Below, piece by piece: positions 1 through 10,779 of a DNA stretch of 64,000 nucleotides. Origin of the DNA: Candidatus Omnitrophota bacterium (GTDB lineage Bacteria; Omnitrophota; Gorgyraeia; Zapsychrales; JANLHA01). Where the stretch lies: the NCBI GenBank assembly GCA_029560465.1, contig JAKQKX010000090.1, positions 72,189 through 136,188 on the forward strand, read 5' to 3'. Position 1 is the first letter of the stretch, and each line of letters starts with the position of its first letter. A program made the position numbers and the translations under genes. The notes beneath the pieces were generated by a model that had not been told where the DNA came from, made no database searches, and saw only the letters and a list, made by a program, of their open reading frames with translations.

Positions 1-601
1 TGGCATTGATTAAAAGGTCCGAGATCTCCAGGTTGAGATCATCCAGGCTATGAACCACCTTAATCAGCCTTGTATCAAACCGCTGCCCCAGATCTTGAAC
101 CAGGGCCTCGGCTTTATGATGGTCGATATCATAAATCAGGACGGCTTCCGGCCGTTCCGGGACAAGGCACAAAACAGTGACGATCGCCCTGGCGGCTCCG
201 CCGGCGCCCAGGATGGATACCCGTTTGCCGGCCGTGTTAAAACCCAGTTCGGTCAGATGCGTCAAGAACCCCGGGCCGTCCGTGTTGTGTCCGGTTAATT
301 GTCTTTTCGCAGAAACCACCACGGTGTTCACCGCCCCGACCTTTTCCGCAAAAGGCGACAGGCTGTCCATATAAACGAGGACTTTCTCCTTATATGGCAC
401 GGTCACGTTCAAGCCGAAAATCGGGCTGCCGTCTTTTTTTAAATCAGAGAAGAACGGCTCCAGCTCGCCTTCCTGAAGCGGAAACAGCTTATAGACAGCG
501 TCCACTCCCAGTTCCTGAAAAGCGGCGTTATGCATAAGCGGGGAGAGAGAATGTTGAACAGGATACCCCACCAACCCGTATGTCGATTTATATTGTTCCA
601 T
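1..601 (-). CDS. aroE: Shikimate dehydrogenase (3' end runs off the window)
   Basis: Not in the ORF track. Manual translation from ATG 601: MEQYKSTYGLVGYPVQHSLSPLMHNAAF...GLNVTVPYKE...GAVNTV...GHNTDGPGF...ILGAGGAARA; these are AroE motifs and the frame is open to the window edge. Confidence 0.93.
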   Translation of the reverse strand, partial: MEQYKSTYGLVGYPVQHSLSPLMHNAAFQELGVDAVYKLFPLQEGELEPFFSDLKKDGSPIFGLNVTVPYKEKVLVYMDSLSPFAEKVGAVNTVVVSAKRQLTGHNTDGPGFLTHLTELGFNTAGKRVSILGAGGAARAIVTVLCLVPERPEAVLIYDIDHHKAEALVQDLGQRFDTRLIKVVHSLDDLNLEISDLLINA

Positions 602-668
602 GATTTATATCAGGCCGGCCTCAAAAAAGGCCGGAGAAGGGGAAGCATTTTAAAAGCCTCAAGAAACC

Positions 669-2234
669 TTAAACGTTGGCGCGCTTGTCTTCAGTTAGGT
701 TATAAATATCCCCGTGGGTAAGCGCCTTGTTGATGGCCTCGATATACGCTTGAGCCGAAGCGACAATAATATCCGTGCTGGTTCCCCGGGCCGTGACAAT
801 TTTGTCATTCACTTTAACCCGGATCGTCACCTCCCCCAACGCGTCTTTCCCCTGGGTGACGGACTGAATAGAATAATCCAGCAATTTCCCTTTGATCTTT
901 GTGATGGCATCAATGGCCTTATAACAGGCGTCGACCGGACCGTCACCGGAGGAAACCTTGGTATACTTCCGGCCTTTGGATTTTAATACAATTTTAACTT
1001 CCGAGGTGATCTTCGCCCCGCTGGTTGTGATAAGGTCATCCAAGGACCAGATCCGCTTCGTAACCTTGATTTCATCTTCGACAATCGCAATCAAATCTTC
1101 ATCAAAGACCTGCTTCTTTTTATCCGCCAAAACCTTAAACCGCTCAAACGCGATGTCCAGCTGATCCTCTTTGAGTTCGATCCCCAAGGACTTCAGCCGG
1201 ACTTTAAAAGCGTGACGCCCGGAATGTTTTCCCAGGACCAGCCCGGTCCCCACGAACCCCACATCCTCCGGGCTCATAATCTCATACGTTGACCGCTCTT
1301 TTAATATCCCGTCCTGGTGAATCCCCGCCTCATGCCGGAACGCGTTGCTCCCGACAATCGCTTTATTCGGGGGAACGAGAAACCCGGTAAACCTGGACAC
1401 CAGCCGGGAAGCCTTGCAGATCTCACGGGTGTTAATGTTCGTCGAACACCCATAAAAATCCGCCCGGGTCCGCAGGGCCATCACAATTTCTTCCATCGAG
1501 GCGTTTCCGGCCCGCTCTCCGATCCCGTTGATCGTGCACTCCACCTGACGGGCGCCATTTTTGACCGCCATGAGAGAATTGGCCACGCCTAATCCCAGGT
1601 CGTTATGGCAATGCACGGAAATAACCGCTTTATGGATATTCGGGACATTATTTTTAATATCCGCGATAAGCTGGCCGTATTCCGCCGGCATGCTGTAGCC
1701 GACCGTGTCCGGGATATTCACGGTTTGAGCCCCGGCCTTGATCACCTCTTCCAAAATACGGAAGAGGAACTCCCGCTCCGTGCGCGAGGCGTCTTCCGGA
1801 GAAAACTCGATATCCGCAATTTTCGTTTTCGCGTATTGGACCGCGTCCACCGCCATCTGGACGATCTCTTCTTTACTTTTTTTCAACTTATGCTCCATAT
1901 GAATCTTGGACGTGGCCAAGAACACGTGGATCCGCCCGTTCTGGGCCCCCTTGACCGCGTCATACGCCGCGTCAATATCCTTCTTGATGGACCGGGCCAG
2001 ACCGCAAACAACAGCATTCTTGATTTTTTTCGCCACGTTACTAACCGAGTCGAAATCCCCGGGGGAAATCACCGGGAACCCCGCCTCGATGATGTCCACA
2101 CCGAGCTTTTCCAACTGCAGGGCGACCTCGAGTTTCTCGCTCATATTCATGCTAGCGCCAGGCGCCTGCTCCCCGTCCCGCAGCGTGGTGTCAAAAATCA
2201 ATACTTTATCAGCTTTCGTCATGTTCTGTCCCAT
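669..2234 (-). CDS. leuA: 2-isopropylmalate synthase
   Basis: DTTLRDGEQAPG, HCHNDLG, GIGERAGN, HEAGIHQDG and C-terminal regulatory domain (GDGPVDA). Start may be ATG 2222. Confidence 0.95.
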   Translation of the reverse strand: MGQNMTKADKVLIFDTTLRDGEQAPGASMNMSEKLEVALQLEKLGVDIIEAGFPVISPGDFDSVSNVAKKIKNAVVCGLARSIKKDIDAAYDAVKGAQNGRIHVFLATSKIHMEHKLKKSKEEIVQMAVDAVQYAKTKIADIEFSPEDASRTEREFLFRILEEVIKAGAQTVNIPDTVGYSMPAEYGQLIADIKNNVPNIHKAVISVHCHNDLGLGVANSLMAVKNGARQVECTINGIGERAGNASMEEIVMALRTRADFYGCSTNINTREICKASRLVSRFTGFLVPPNKAIVGSNAFRHEAGIHQDGILKERSTYEIMSPEDVGFVGTGLVLGKHSGRHAFKVRLKSLGIELKEDQLDIAFERFKVLADKKKQVFDEDLIAIVEDEIKVTKRIWSLDDLITTSGAKITSEVKIVLKSKGRKYTKVSSGDGPVDACYKAIDAITKIKGKLLDYSIQSVTQGKDALGEVTIRVKVNDKIVTARGTSTDIIVASAQAYIEAINKALTHGDIYNLTEDKRANV

Positions 2235-2285
2235 TATCCAAAAGACTTAGGGCATTGAAGCCATTGGCTCCCCTGCCACAAATCC

Positions 2286-3278
2286 TTATTTCTTCATCCA
2301 GGGCATCATGGCGCGCAACTGTTCGCCAATTTTTTCGATCGGATGATTCTTGCCCTCACTGCGCATTTTATTAAAATTCGGCCGGCCTTTTTTATTTTCC
2401 CGCATCCATTCCCGGGCGAACTTCCCTGATTGTATTTCCTTCAGGATTTTCTTCATTTCCTTGTGCGTACGGTCATTGATAATACGCTTGCCCCGGCTAT
2501 AATCCCCGTATTCCGCGGTATCCGAAACCCGTTGGCGCATCCCCTGCATTCCGTATTCATAAATTAAATCCACGATAAGCTTGAGTTCATGACAACATTC
2601 AAAATAAGCAATTTCCGGCTGATAACCCGCTTCCACGAGTGTTTCAAAACCCGCTTTCACCAGCTCCGAAGCGCCCCCGCACAAAACCGTCTGTTCCCCA
2701 AAAAGGTCGGTTTCGGTTTCTTCCTTAAATGTGGTTTTCAGAACCCCGGCCCGGCTGCCTCCGATCCCTTTCGCATAAGCCAGCGCGTCCTGCAAGGCGT
2801 GTCCGGACGCATCCTGGTGAATCGCCACCAGACAGGGAACCCCCTTGCCTTCTTCATATTGACGCCGGACCAACGCCCCAGGCCCCTTCGGGGCGATCAT
2901 CCAAACATCCACATCCGGAGGAGGGACAATCTGTTTAAAATGGATATTAAACCCGTGGGAGAAAACCAACGCCTTCCCCGCGGTTAAATTCCGCTTAATC
3001 GCCTTTTTGTAAAGCGTCGCCTGGATATGATCCTGGGTCAAAATCTGGATAATATCCGCTTTCTTGGCCGCTTTTTTGGCATCAACCGGCGTAAAACCGT
3101 CCGCCACCGCGGTCTTATAATTCTCCGTGCCTTCCAGTTCGCTCACGATCACTTTCAGCCCGCTGTCACGCAGGTTGAGCGCCTGCCCCCGACCCTGAAT
3201 ACCGTAACCGATAATCGCGATCGTGCGGGCCTTGATACTGTCCAAGTTTGCATCCTTGTCATAATAAATCTTTGCCAT
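2286..3278 (-). CDS. ilvC: Ketol-acid reductoisomerase (class I, short)
   Basis: [36 protein letters not shown] motifs. Confidence 0.97.
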   Translation of the reverse strand: MAKIYYDKDANLDSIKARTIAIIGYGIQGRGQALNLRDSGLKVIVSELEGTENYKTAVADGFTPVDAKKAAKKADIIQILTQDHIQATLYKKAIKRNLTAGKALVFSHGFNIHFKQIVPPPDVDVWMIAPKGPGALVRRQYEEGKGVPCLVAIHQDASGHALQDALAYAKGIGGSRAGVLKTTFKEETETDLFGEQTVLCGGASELVKAGFETLVEAGYQPEIAYFECCHELKLIVDLIYEYGMQGMRQRVSDTAEYGDYSRGKRIINDRTHKEMKKILKEIQSGKFAREWMRENKKGRPNFNKMRSEGKNHPIEKIGEQLRAMMPWMKK

Positions 3279-3316
3279 TTCCTTCTTCCCTTCTTTTCAG
3301 GTTTAAAATTGCCGTT

Positions 3317-3345
3317 ATTGTATCATATTTTACTTTTAATGTTAA
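3317..3345 (-). promoter_or_regulatory. sigma70-type promoter for ilvC-leuA-aroE
   Basis: Minus strand TTAACA-N17-TACAAT with TG extension, in an AT-rich intergenic region. Confidence 0.6.
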
Positions 3346-3377
3346 CACCTTTATCATTTCAGCCAAAGCCGCCCAGC

Positions 3378-5057
3378 TTAAAGGCCCGGGACCTGCATGT
3401 CGCGGGGGTGCTCCACGGTGAACGAATAAAGGATTTCTTTTTTCCCCCGTGGCGGCAGCTCAAGCTCCCACAACCAGACCCCCGCGCGGTCTTTCCAATC
3501 TTTTTGATTGGGCTTAAGGCTCACGTTAAAAATATTGACCCGTATCTTATCATTCTGCGAAACCGGCATGGGTTCAAAGAGCAACACTTTAACAATCTTA
3601 TCCTTATAATTTTCTACGGTTAACTTATATTCAAATTGCGTTTTCCGATTAGGCGAGGGGATCCCGGCAATCAGCACATCGTCCACGTTCTTAACGGTCT
3701 GCTGGCGGGCGACTTTCACGTTGTCATCAACCCCCAGGTAGAGATCAAATTCCTCTCCCGGCCCGATATTGTCGATGCTCGATTTCCCGACGAACTCCCC
3801 ATCCAGGAACAGGTTCACCGGCCCGGCCATGAGCTGCTGGTCTTTCGCGTTCGCCACCCGGCTGCCCAGATAAGCCTCCGGCGCGGCTTGAGGATAAGCA
3901 GAATAATGATAATCCGCTTTCAGCACCTGCACGGCCACCGGGAACTTACTTTCCACACCGTCCGATTTAATAGAAACCAGCCGCGGAACTTTATAAATAA
4001 ACGCCACGCCTTTCTGCTCCACTGTGGAAAGCGCCAACTCCGCCGGCTGTTCTGTCGCCTGATTCACCGCCAGATCAAACGCCTCCATCTGCATCATCGG
4101 CGCTCCGGCCCTCTCCTCTCGCATCGATAACGCTTTAGCAGCGCGGCGCGGCTGGGGCTGATACGGATTCAGCACCCAAGGGGCCACATACGGCATGCGT
4201 CCGCTGCGGGTCGGCCGGGCCGTGGACAATGTCAGTTGGACATTGTCCCAGTCTGCCCCCGTGGTCTGTTTAATAACCCCGTAAGAGGTAAGTTCAACGT
4301 CACCTTTCGTGTAATCCGCCCGGGCGTCATACTGCGCCCACCACTCGGCCCCCCGGGCCAGATACCCGACCTCAAGCTCCAAGGTTCCGGGCTTCACACA
4401 GGACAGGTCAACAATAATCGCGTGCTGCAGTTTCTTCCCCTGGTGGCCCAGTTGACTGAGTTCATTTTTAAGCCGCTCCACGTCCCGCTGTAACGCACGG
4501 ATATTTTTACGAATCTCTTCCTCCCGGCTTTCAACATCCGTCATGCGGGAGCGGATAAACTCCAGGGTATTACCCAACGATTCAACCGACGGCATGGTCG
4601 TGACCAAATCTTGAGGGATCTGCTTATCGGCGAAAAGCCGGACAGACTGGAGGAACTCCCGTTCCTTCTGCAGAACCTGCTGCTTGCGCTGCTCCCCCGC
4701 CAAACGGTCTTCATGGGTTTCAATGGCGTCTTTAAGCTCTTGCACCCGCTGATCCGGAACCACCGACAGGAATTCCTTTTTAAGAGAAGCGCCGTATATC
4801 TTAACCCCGGCCGTTCCCGCCCCGGAAACCGTGATAGTGCTTTCGTCAACATCCTGTTTAAGGTCATGAAAGACAACGCTGTGCTCCCCCGCGGTGAGGC
4901 TCACATCCGCCTTGCGCACAATCAAAGCTGAACCAGGATAAACCGTGACTTCCGTGATGCGGTTCGCGGGCGTGATCTCCCCGGAAATTCCAGGGAGAGG
5001 GACAGCTGCCGTAAAAAAGAACACGAGGCCAGCCGCCCAGAAAAGGTTCTTGCTCAT
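3378..5057 (-). CDS. DUF4140/DUF4139 (MuiA-like) exported protein
   Basis: Signal peptide, ITEVTVYPGSA..., coiled coil, QTTGADW-NVQLTLSTARP, LMAGPVNLFLDGEFVG. Start placed at ATG 5057 behind GGAGG. Confidence 0.85.
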   Translation of the reverse strand: MSKNLFWAAGLVFFFTAAVPLPGISGEITPANRITEVTVYPGSALIVRKADVSLTAGEHSVVFHDLKQDVDESTITVSGAGTAGVKIYGASLKKEFLSVVPDQRVQELKDAIETHEDRLAGEQRKQQVLQKEREFLQSVRLFADKQIPQDLVTTMPSVESLGNTLEFIRSRMTDVESREEEIRKNIRALQRDVERLKNELSQLGHQGKKLQHAIIVDLSCVKPGTLELEVGYLARGAEWWAQYDARADYTKGDVELTSYGVIKQTTGADWDNVQLTLSTARPTRSGRMPYVAPWVLNPYQPQPRRAAKALSMREERAGAPMMQMEAFDLAVNQATEQPAELALSTVEQKGVAFIYKVPRLVSIKSDGVESKFPVAVQVLKADYHYSAYPQAAPEAYLGSRVANAKDQQLMAGPVNLFLDGEFVGKSSIDNIGPGEEFDLYLGVDDNVKVARQQTVKNVDDVLIAGIPSPNRKTQFEYKLTVENYKDKIVKVLLFEPMPVSQNDKIRVNIFNVSLKPNQKDWKDRAGVWLWELELPPRGKKEILYSFTVEHPRDMQVPGL

Positions 5058-5074
5058 CAGGACCTCCCAAAAGT

Positions 5075-5109
5075 TCATAGGCCTTCTTAAAAACAAAGAA
5101 GGCCTATGA
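5075..5109. terminator. Perfect 14-bp stem-loop downstream of ahcY
   Basis: TCATAGGCCTTCTT-AAAAACA-AAGAAGGCCTATGA; the U-tract on the minus strand is weak. Confidence 0.5.
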
Positions 5110-5126
5110 TGACAAAAAAATAACGT

Positions 5127-6545
5127 TTAATATCTATAATGCTCGGGCTTATAAGGACCTTCTTGAGAAACCCCGATATATTTCGCCTGTTCGGGAGTTA
5201 ACACGGTCAATTCGGCTCCCACATGCGCCAAATGCAAACGGGCGACTTCTTCGTCAAGGTCTTTAGGAAGGCGGTACACATCCACCGGTTTACGGTTAGA
5301 CCAAAGATCCAGCTGGGCTAGGACCTGGTTGGTAAACGAGTTGCTCATAACAAAAGACGGATGCCCGGTCGCACAGCCCAAGTTCACCAACCGCCCTTCC
5401 GCCAGGATGATAATGGACTTTCCGTTCGGGAAACAATACTCGTCCACCTGGGGTTTAATATTGATCTTCTTGATCCCCGGCCATTTATCCAATTTGTTCA
5501 TCTGGATTTCATTGTCAAAATGCCCGATGTTGCACACGATGGCTTTGTCTTTCATCTTAGACATATGCACCGCTGTAATCACGGAACAGTTCCCGGTGGC
5601 TGAAACATAAATATCCCCGATATCCAGGACGCTCTCAATCCGCTTGACTTCAAATCCTTCCATGGCGGACTGCAAAGCGCAGATGGGATCAATTTCCGTG
5701 ACAATCACCCGCGCGCCGTAACTGCGCATGGACCGGGCGCACCCCTTGCCCACATCGCCGTAACCGCACACCACGACGACCTTCCCGGCGATCATGATAT
5801 CCGTGGCCCGCTTGATGCCGTCGGCCAAAGATTCCCGGCAACCATAAAGGTTGTCGAACTTGGATTTCGTCACCGAATCGTTCACGTTAATGGCGGGAAA
5901 AAGCAGCTTGCCCTCCTGGACCATCTGGTAGAGGCGATGCACGCCCGTTGTGGTTTCCTCAGAAACTCCCCGGATATCCTTAACCGCCCGGTGCCACGTC
6001 TGAGAGTCCTCCGCCAGGGTCGCTTTCAAAGAGGCCAAAAGCTCACGCTCATCTTCAGCGTCAACTGTCTTTTCAAGAATGGACGGGTCGTTTTCCGCCT
6101 CATACCCCATATGGACCATCAACGTCGCGTCTCCCCCATCGTCAACAATCAGGTGGGGGCCCTGCCCGTCGGGGAAGGATAGCGCCTGCTTCGTGCACCA
6201 CCAGTAATCTTTCAGGTTTTCCCCTTTCCAGGCGAACACCGGCACGCCCAAGTCGGCGATCGCCGCAGCCGCGTGGTCTTGGGTTGAAAAAATATTACAG
6301 CTGCACCACCGCACATCCGCGCCTAAGGCCGTCAAAGTTTTGATCAAGACCGCCGTCTGAATCGTCATGTGCAGGGAGCCGGTGATGCGGGCCCCTTTAA
6401 ACGGCTGCTGTTGCGCGTATTTCGCCCGGAGCGCCATAAGCCCGGGCATTTCAAATTCCGCCAACTCTATTTCCTTATGACCCCAAGCCGCCAGGCCTAT
6501 GTCCTTAATTTTGTACTCCTGAGACATCGCTGTCATTGATTTCAT
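5127..6545 (-). CDS. ahcY: Adenosylhomocysteinase
   Basis: [53 protein letters not shown]. Confidence 0.98.
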   Translation of the reverse strand: MKSMTAMSQEYKIKDIGLAAWGHKEIELAEFEMPGLMALRAKYAQQQPFKGARITGSLHMTIQTAVLIKTLTALGADVRWCSCNIFSTQDHAAAAIADLGVPVFAWKGENLKDYWWCTKQALSFPDGQGPHLIVDDGGDATLMVHMGYEAENDPSILEKTVDAEDERELLASLKATLAEDSQTWHRAVKDIRGVSEETTTGVHRLYQMVQEGKLLFPAINVNDSVTKSKFDNLYGCRESLADGIKRATDIMIAGKVVVVCGYGDVGKGCARSMRSYGARVIVTEIDPICALQSAMEGFEVKRIESVLDIGDIYVSATGNCSVITAVHMSKMKDKAIVCNIGHFDNEIQMNKLDKWPGIKKINIKPQVDEYCFPNGKSIIILAEGRLVNLGCATGHPSFVMSNSFTNQVLAQLDLWSNRKPVDVYRLPKDLDEEVARLHLAHVGAELTVLTPEQAKYIGVSQEGPYKPEHYRY

Positions 6546-6617
6546 AACCCCCTCACTTCTTTATCAAAATACCTCTCTTACATAAATAATCACTCTGGAG
6601 CTGGGACTGGACACAAA

Positions 6618-7781
6618 CTACACAGCCACCAGCGCCTCTTTCTTGAGGACCGCGGCTTTGTCGGTCTGCTCCCAAGAAAATTCCTTCCGGCCGAAATGCC
6701 CGTAAGCCGCCGTTTTCTGGTAAATCGGCTGCAGAAGATTTAACTGTTTGATAATCCCCCGGGGGGTCAAATCAAAATGTTTGCGGACCAAATCGACAAG
6801 TTTCTGCTCCGGAACCTTCCCGGTCCCGAACGTATCAACCATGACGCTGACCGGCTCTGCCTTACCGATGGCGTACCCCAACTGAATCCAGCATTTGTCT
6901 GCCAGCGCGGCAGCCACGATATTTTTAGCCACATACCGCGCCATATATGTTGCGGAACGGTCCACCTTGGTCGGGTCCTTCCCGGAAAAAGCGCCTCCGC
7001 CATGGGAAACGATCCCGCCGTAAGTATCCACAATGATCTTCCGCCCGGTCATCCCTGTATCTGACTGCGGGCCGCCGACCAGAAATTTGCCTGTTTCGTT
7101 CACATAATATTTTGTATCCCTATCAACCAGGTCCTTTAAAACCGGCAAAGCGATGGTTTTTATAATTTCCTGCTTGGACTCTTCCGTGATCCTCTTGCCC
7201 GTCTTATCAAGAATTTTGTCAGTATGCTGACAGGCCAGGACGACCGCATCCACCCTCTTAGGAACGCCATCACAATATTCCACCGTGACTTGACTCTTGC
7301 AATCCGGCCCCAAGTAATCCAGTTCCTGGCTCACCCGAACATCCGAAATCCTTCTGACAAGGTGATGCGCCAGCATGATCGGCAGGGGCATCAGTTCTGG
7401 CGTTTCATCGCACGCGTAACCGATCATGATCCCTTGATCACCGGCCCCTCCGGCGTCCACCCCCTGGGCGATATCCGGGGACTGGCTGTTAATCGCATTC
7501 AAGATCGAACAGGTCTGCGCGCTAAACCCGTATTTGATATGCGTATACCCGATCTCCGACAGAACCCGACGGACAAGATTCTGGACTTCAATATAAGACG
7601 TCGTGGTGATTTCCCCCCCGACGATGACAAGCCCCGTGGTGATAAATGTTTCGCAAGCCACACGCCCCGCTGGATCATTCTTAAGCACGCTGTCCAAAAC
7701 CGCGTCAGAAATCTGATCGCAAACCTTATCAGGATGCCCCGCCCCAACGGATTCAGAAGTAAAAAAATATTGTCCTTTCAC
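6618..7781 (-). CDS. metK: S-adenosylmethionine synthetase
   Basis: [44 protein letters not shown]; GTG start. Confidence 0.98.
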   Translation of the reverse strand: MKGQYFFTSESVGAGHPDKVCDQISDAVLDSVLKNDPAGRVACETFITTGLVIVGGEITTTSYIEVQNLVRRVLSEIGYTHIKYGFSAQTCSILNAINSQSPDIAQGVDAGGAGDQGIMIGYACDETPELMPLPIMLAHHLVRRISDVRVSQELDYLGPDCKSQVTVEYCDGVPKRVDAVVLACQHTDKILDKTGKRITEESKQEIIKTIALPVLKDLVDRDTKYYVNETGKFLVGGPQSDTGMTGRKIIVDTYGGIVSHGGGAFSGKDPTKVDRSATYMARYVAKNIVAAALADKCWIQLGYAIGKAEPVSVMVDTFGTGKVPEQKLVDLVRKHFDLTPRGIIKQLNLLQPIYQKTAAYGHFGRKEFSWEQTDKAAVLKKEALVAV

Positions 7782-7888
7782 CTTTTACCCTTCCTTTCTT
7801 GAATGTGTCTCACAAACACAGCAGCCCGCGCGCCCGCCATGCCTTGGCCAGCGGCAATATCTCCATAATCTACTGTCTTGCGATCTCA

Positions 7889-8629
7889 TTAAACATTAAA
7901 CCGCTCCTGCGCCTTCTGATACGTTTCTATGCTACCGATATCATACCATTTCCCCTGAAATTTAAAACCAAAAACTGTGTCAGTTTCCGTCAACCAATGA
8001 ATGTAATCCCCCGCTTTATCCGTTTTGTTCAACTCCGCGACATAATCAGAAATCAAAGCCTGCGATTGGACCGGGAAAAAATAGGAGCACATCGCGATCA
8101 GGGTCGACCGTGGGTGCGGAGGCTTCTCTTCAAAAACCTGGATACGGTTTTGAGCGTCCATCTGAACAACGCCAAATTTGCTGGCTTCCTTAATATCCCC
8201 GATATCATAAAGGCCGATGGAGGCATGCGGGGCTTTCCCATGTGCAAAACGGATAAATTCTTCCAGCGCATAATCGAAAAGATTGTCGCCGCCCAGGACA
8301 AAAAGGTCATCTTGCCCTCGAAGATGCTTCAAGACAAACAGGATATCCCCCACCGCGCCTAACCGGTCTTCCGGGGATGTCGTCCCGTCATTCATCACGG
8401 TGATCGGAACCGGAAAATCTTTGTGGAGCGTGGCCCAATCCTGGAAATCCGCGTAGAACTTCTCATTGGTCACCACAACAACTTCCCGAAGAGCCGGCAA
8501 AGGCCGGATTTTCTCCAGCAAATAATCAATAAGCGGCCGGGACGCGATCTGAAGCAAAGGTTTGGCCGTATCCTTAATGAGGGGATACAGCCGGGTCCCA
8601 TAACCTGCCGCTAATATCAAAACTCTCAT
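7889..8629 (-). CDS. Sugar-phosphate nucleotidyltransferase (NTP_transferase family)
   Basis: ILAAGYGTRLYPL...KPLL, GGDNL, FEEKP, WYDIG. Confidence 0.88.
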   Translation of the reverse strand: MRVLILAAGYGTRLYPLIKDTAKPLLQIASRPLIDYLLEKIRPLPALREVVVVTNEKFYADFQDWATLHKDFPVPITVMNDGTTSPEDRLGAVGDILFVLKHLRGQDDLFVLGGDNLFDYALEEFIRFAHGKAPHASIGLYDIGDIKEASKFGVVQMDAQNRIQVFEEKPPHPRSTLIAMCSYFFPVQSQALISDYVAELNKTDKAGDYIHWLTETDTVFGFKFQGKWYDIGSIETYQKAQERFNV

Positions 8630-8703
8630 GTGCGTTTTTTCCGTTACGTTAAAAAAGGCTTCACCCCGAACAGCGCCCCAACAACCGGCCGCTCGAAAGG
8701 GCG

Positions 8704-10467
8704 TTAGGCTTTATCCGCGGTATATATCTGCGGAACCAATTCCTGCAACCGGGCTTTGCTTAACTCCTCAACTTCCTGCCCTGAAGAAAGGGTCAACGCC
8801 CTCTGGGATAACTCCTGGGCGTCTTTCCGATTAATGCTACGAATCAGTTTCTTGATCTGCGGGATATTCAAAGGGGACATGCTCAGTTCATCCACCCCCA
8901 ATCCGATCAGCAAAAAGGCCTGAATCGGCTCTGAAGACATTTCTCCGCAAAGACCGACAGGGATATTCTCCTGATGGCCGGCGTCGACAACCATTTTGAT
9001 AAGCCGCAGGATCGCCGGATGGCAGGGTTCGTAAAAATTGGCCAGCTGCTCATTACGCCGGTCCACCGCTAACGTGTACTGAATCAGGTCATTCGTTCCG
9101 ATACTGAAAAACCGGACTTCCTTGGCCAGCAGATCCGCGGTCACGGCGGCCGAAGGGACCTCGATCATGGCCCCGACTTCAATATTTTCGTCGAACCCGA
9201 TCCCCTCCTCCCGCAAATTTATTTTCACTTCATTTAAAATGGCATTGGCCTGCCGCATTTCACTGGGCCCGGAAATCATCGGGTACATAAGCCGGACTTT
9301 ACCAAAAACCGAAGCGCGAAGGATCGCCCTTAACTGTGATTTAAAAATATCCGGACGGGCGAGGCAGAACTTAATCGCCCGCCATCCCAGGAAAGGAGAC
9401 ATGTCCCTTGGAATCTGCACGCTGGAAATAAACTTATCCCCGCCCAAATCCAAGGTCCGGATCGTCACGGCCAAAGGCGCCAGGTGTTCGGCCACTGCCT
9501 TGTAAGCGACAAATTGTTCTTCTTCCGAGGGAAGATCAACCCGGTTCATGAAAAAATACTCCGTCCGGTACAATCCAATCCCCTGAGCCCCTGACTGCCG
9601 AATCATCGGAATTTCTTCCGGGAGTTCCAGATTAGCCAGAATCGGGATAGGGCATCCATCCGAGGTCTTGGAAGGGAGGTCAACAATGTCATCAAAACGG
9701 TGGCTCAGGGCCGAAATACGCTTTTTCTCGGTATTGTAAATTTCAATAGTTTTCTCGGTAGGGTGCGCGATCACCAGCCCCATCCGGCCATCCACGATCA
9801 GGAGGTCCTGATTGCTGATCCGCAAGGTGGCATCTTTGAGCCCCACGACCGCCGGCACCCCCAAAGATTTGGCCATAATCGCGGTATGAGACGTACGCCC
9901 CCCGATATCCGTCGCGAAAGCCAAAACGTTTTTGTTAAACATCGTCACAGTATCCGACGGCGAAAGGTCATGCGCAATGATAATCATCTCCTCATCGATA
10001 TGGTCCAGGTCGTGCAGTTTTTGTTCGTCCGTAAGGTTTTTAAGAAGACGGCGGCCGATATCATTCACGTCACTGCTGCGTTCCCGCAAATACTCATCCT
10101 GAATACTGGAGAAAATTTTGCTGTACTTCTTTAAAACCACCATAAACGAGTATTCTGCCGACTGTTTCTCCTTCTTAATCCGCTTGATCACCTCTTCAAT
10201 GAGCATACGGTCTTCCAGGACGAGCAGGTGAGCGTCAAAGATCTGGCCGTGCTGCCCATCCATTTCATGGCTGATCTTTTTTTTCAGTTCGGAGATCTCT
10301 TCCCGCGTTTTGATCAGGGCTTCTTCAAAACGGGCAATTTCGATAGGGACCTCCTTGTCCATGATAGCGCGGGGCGGCACGATAAAATCCTGTTTATCGA
10401 TAATGTAAGCCGGCCCGATCGCAATCCCCGGCGCGGCCGGGATTCCTTTTAAAACAATTTCATTCAT
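8704..10467 (-). CDS. ptsI: PTS enzyme I (PEP-protein phosphotransferase)
   Basis: GGRTSHTAI (phospho-His), GLYRTE, RTLDLGGDK, SIGTNDLIQY, GLCGEM; no N-terminal GAF domain. Confidence 0.96.
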   Translation of the reverse strand: MNEIVLKGIPAAPGIAIGPAYIIDKQDFIVPPRAIMDKEVPIEIARFEEALIKTREEISELKKKISHEMDGQHGQIFDAHLLVLEDRMLIEEVIKRIKKEKQSAEYSFMVVLKKYSKIFSSIQDEYLRERSSDVNDIGRRLLKNLTDEQKLHDLDHIDEEMIIIAHDLSPSDTVTMFNKNVLAFATDIGGRTSHTAIMAKSLGVPAVVGLKDATLRISNQDLLIVDGRMGLVIAHPTEKTIEIYNTEKKRISALSHRFDDIVDLPSKTSDGCPIPILANLELPEEIPMIRQSGAQGIGLYRTEYFFMNRVDLPSEEEQFVAYKAVAEHLAPLAVTIRTLDLGGDKFISSVQIPRDMSPFLGWRAIKFCLARPDIFKSQLRAILRASVFGKVRLMYPMISGPSEMRQANAILNEVKINLREEGIGFDENIEVGAMIEVPSAAVTADLLAKEVRFFSIGTNDLIQYTLAVDRRNEQLANFYEPCHPAILRLIKMVVDAGHQENIPVGLCGEMSSEPIQAFLLIGLGVDELSMSPLNIPQIKKLIRSINRKDAQELSQRALTLSSGQEVEELSKARLQELVPQIYTADKA

Positions 10468-10723
10468 TTCTAGACAAAAATGCCTCCAATTCCCCCATCA
10501 GTTGTTCAGCGTCACTCCCGTCGACGCAAACAAAAAGTTTACTGTTCTTCTCCGCGCCAAGCATAAGGATGCCCATAATCGACTTTCCGTTCACCTTTTC
10601 TCCATCTTTACTGACCGTCACGGTCGCATCAAACTTCGCGGCGATCTGGACAAAAAAAGCCGCCGGCCGTGCGTGCAAGCCCTGCTCATTTAAAACCGTA
10701 AGCTCTTTTTCAATTCTTGGCAT
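10460..10723 (-). CDS. ptsH: Phosphocarrier protein HPr
   Basis: GLHARPA (His15) and GKSIMG (Ser46). Confidence 0.95.
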   Translation of the reverse strand: MPRIEKELTVLNEQGLHARPAAFFVQIAAKFDATVTVSKDGEKVNGKSIMGILMLGAEKNSKLFVCVDGSDAEQLMGELEAFLSRNE

Positions 10724-10779
10724 AAACGAAATATCCCCGTTCTATCCGCCCAAAGGATCTTTCGGTAACAGGCTACCGC

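Noticed and set aside
7782-7888. Possible SAM riboswitch before metK (and SAH riboswitch before ahcY, 6546-6617)
   Set aside because: No SAM-I, SAM-II or SAH core motifs recognisable; the spacers are short and look operon-internal.
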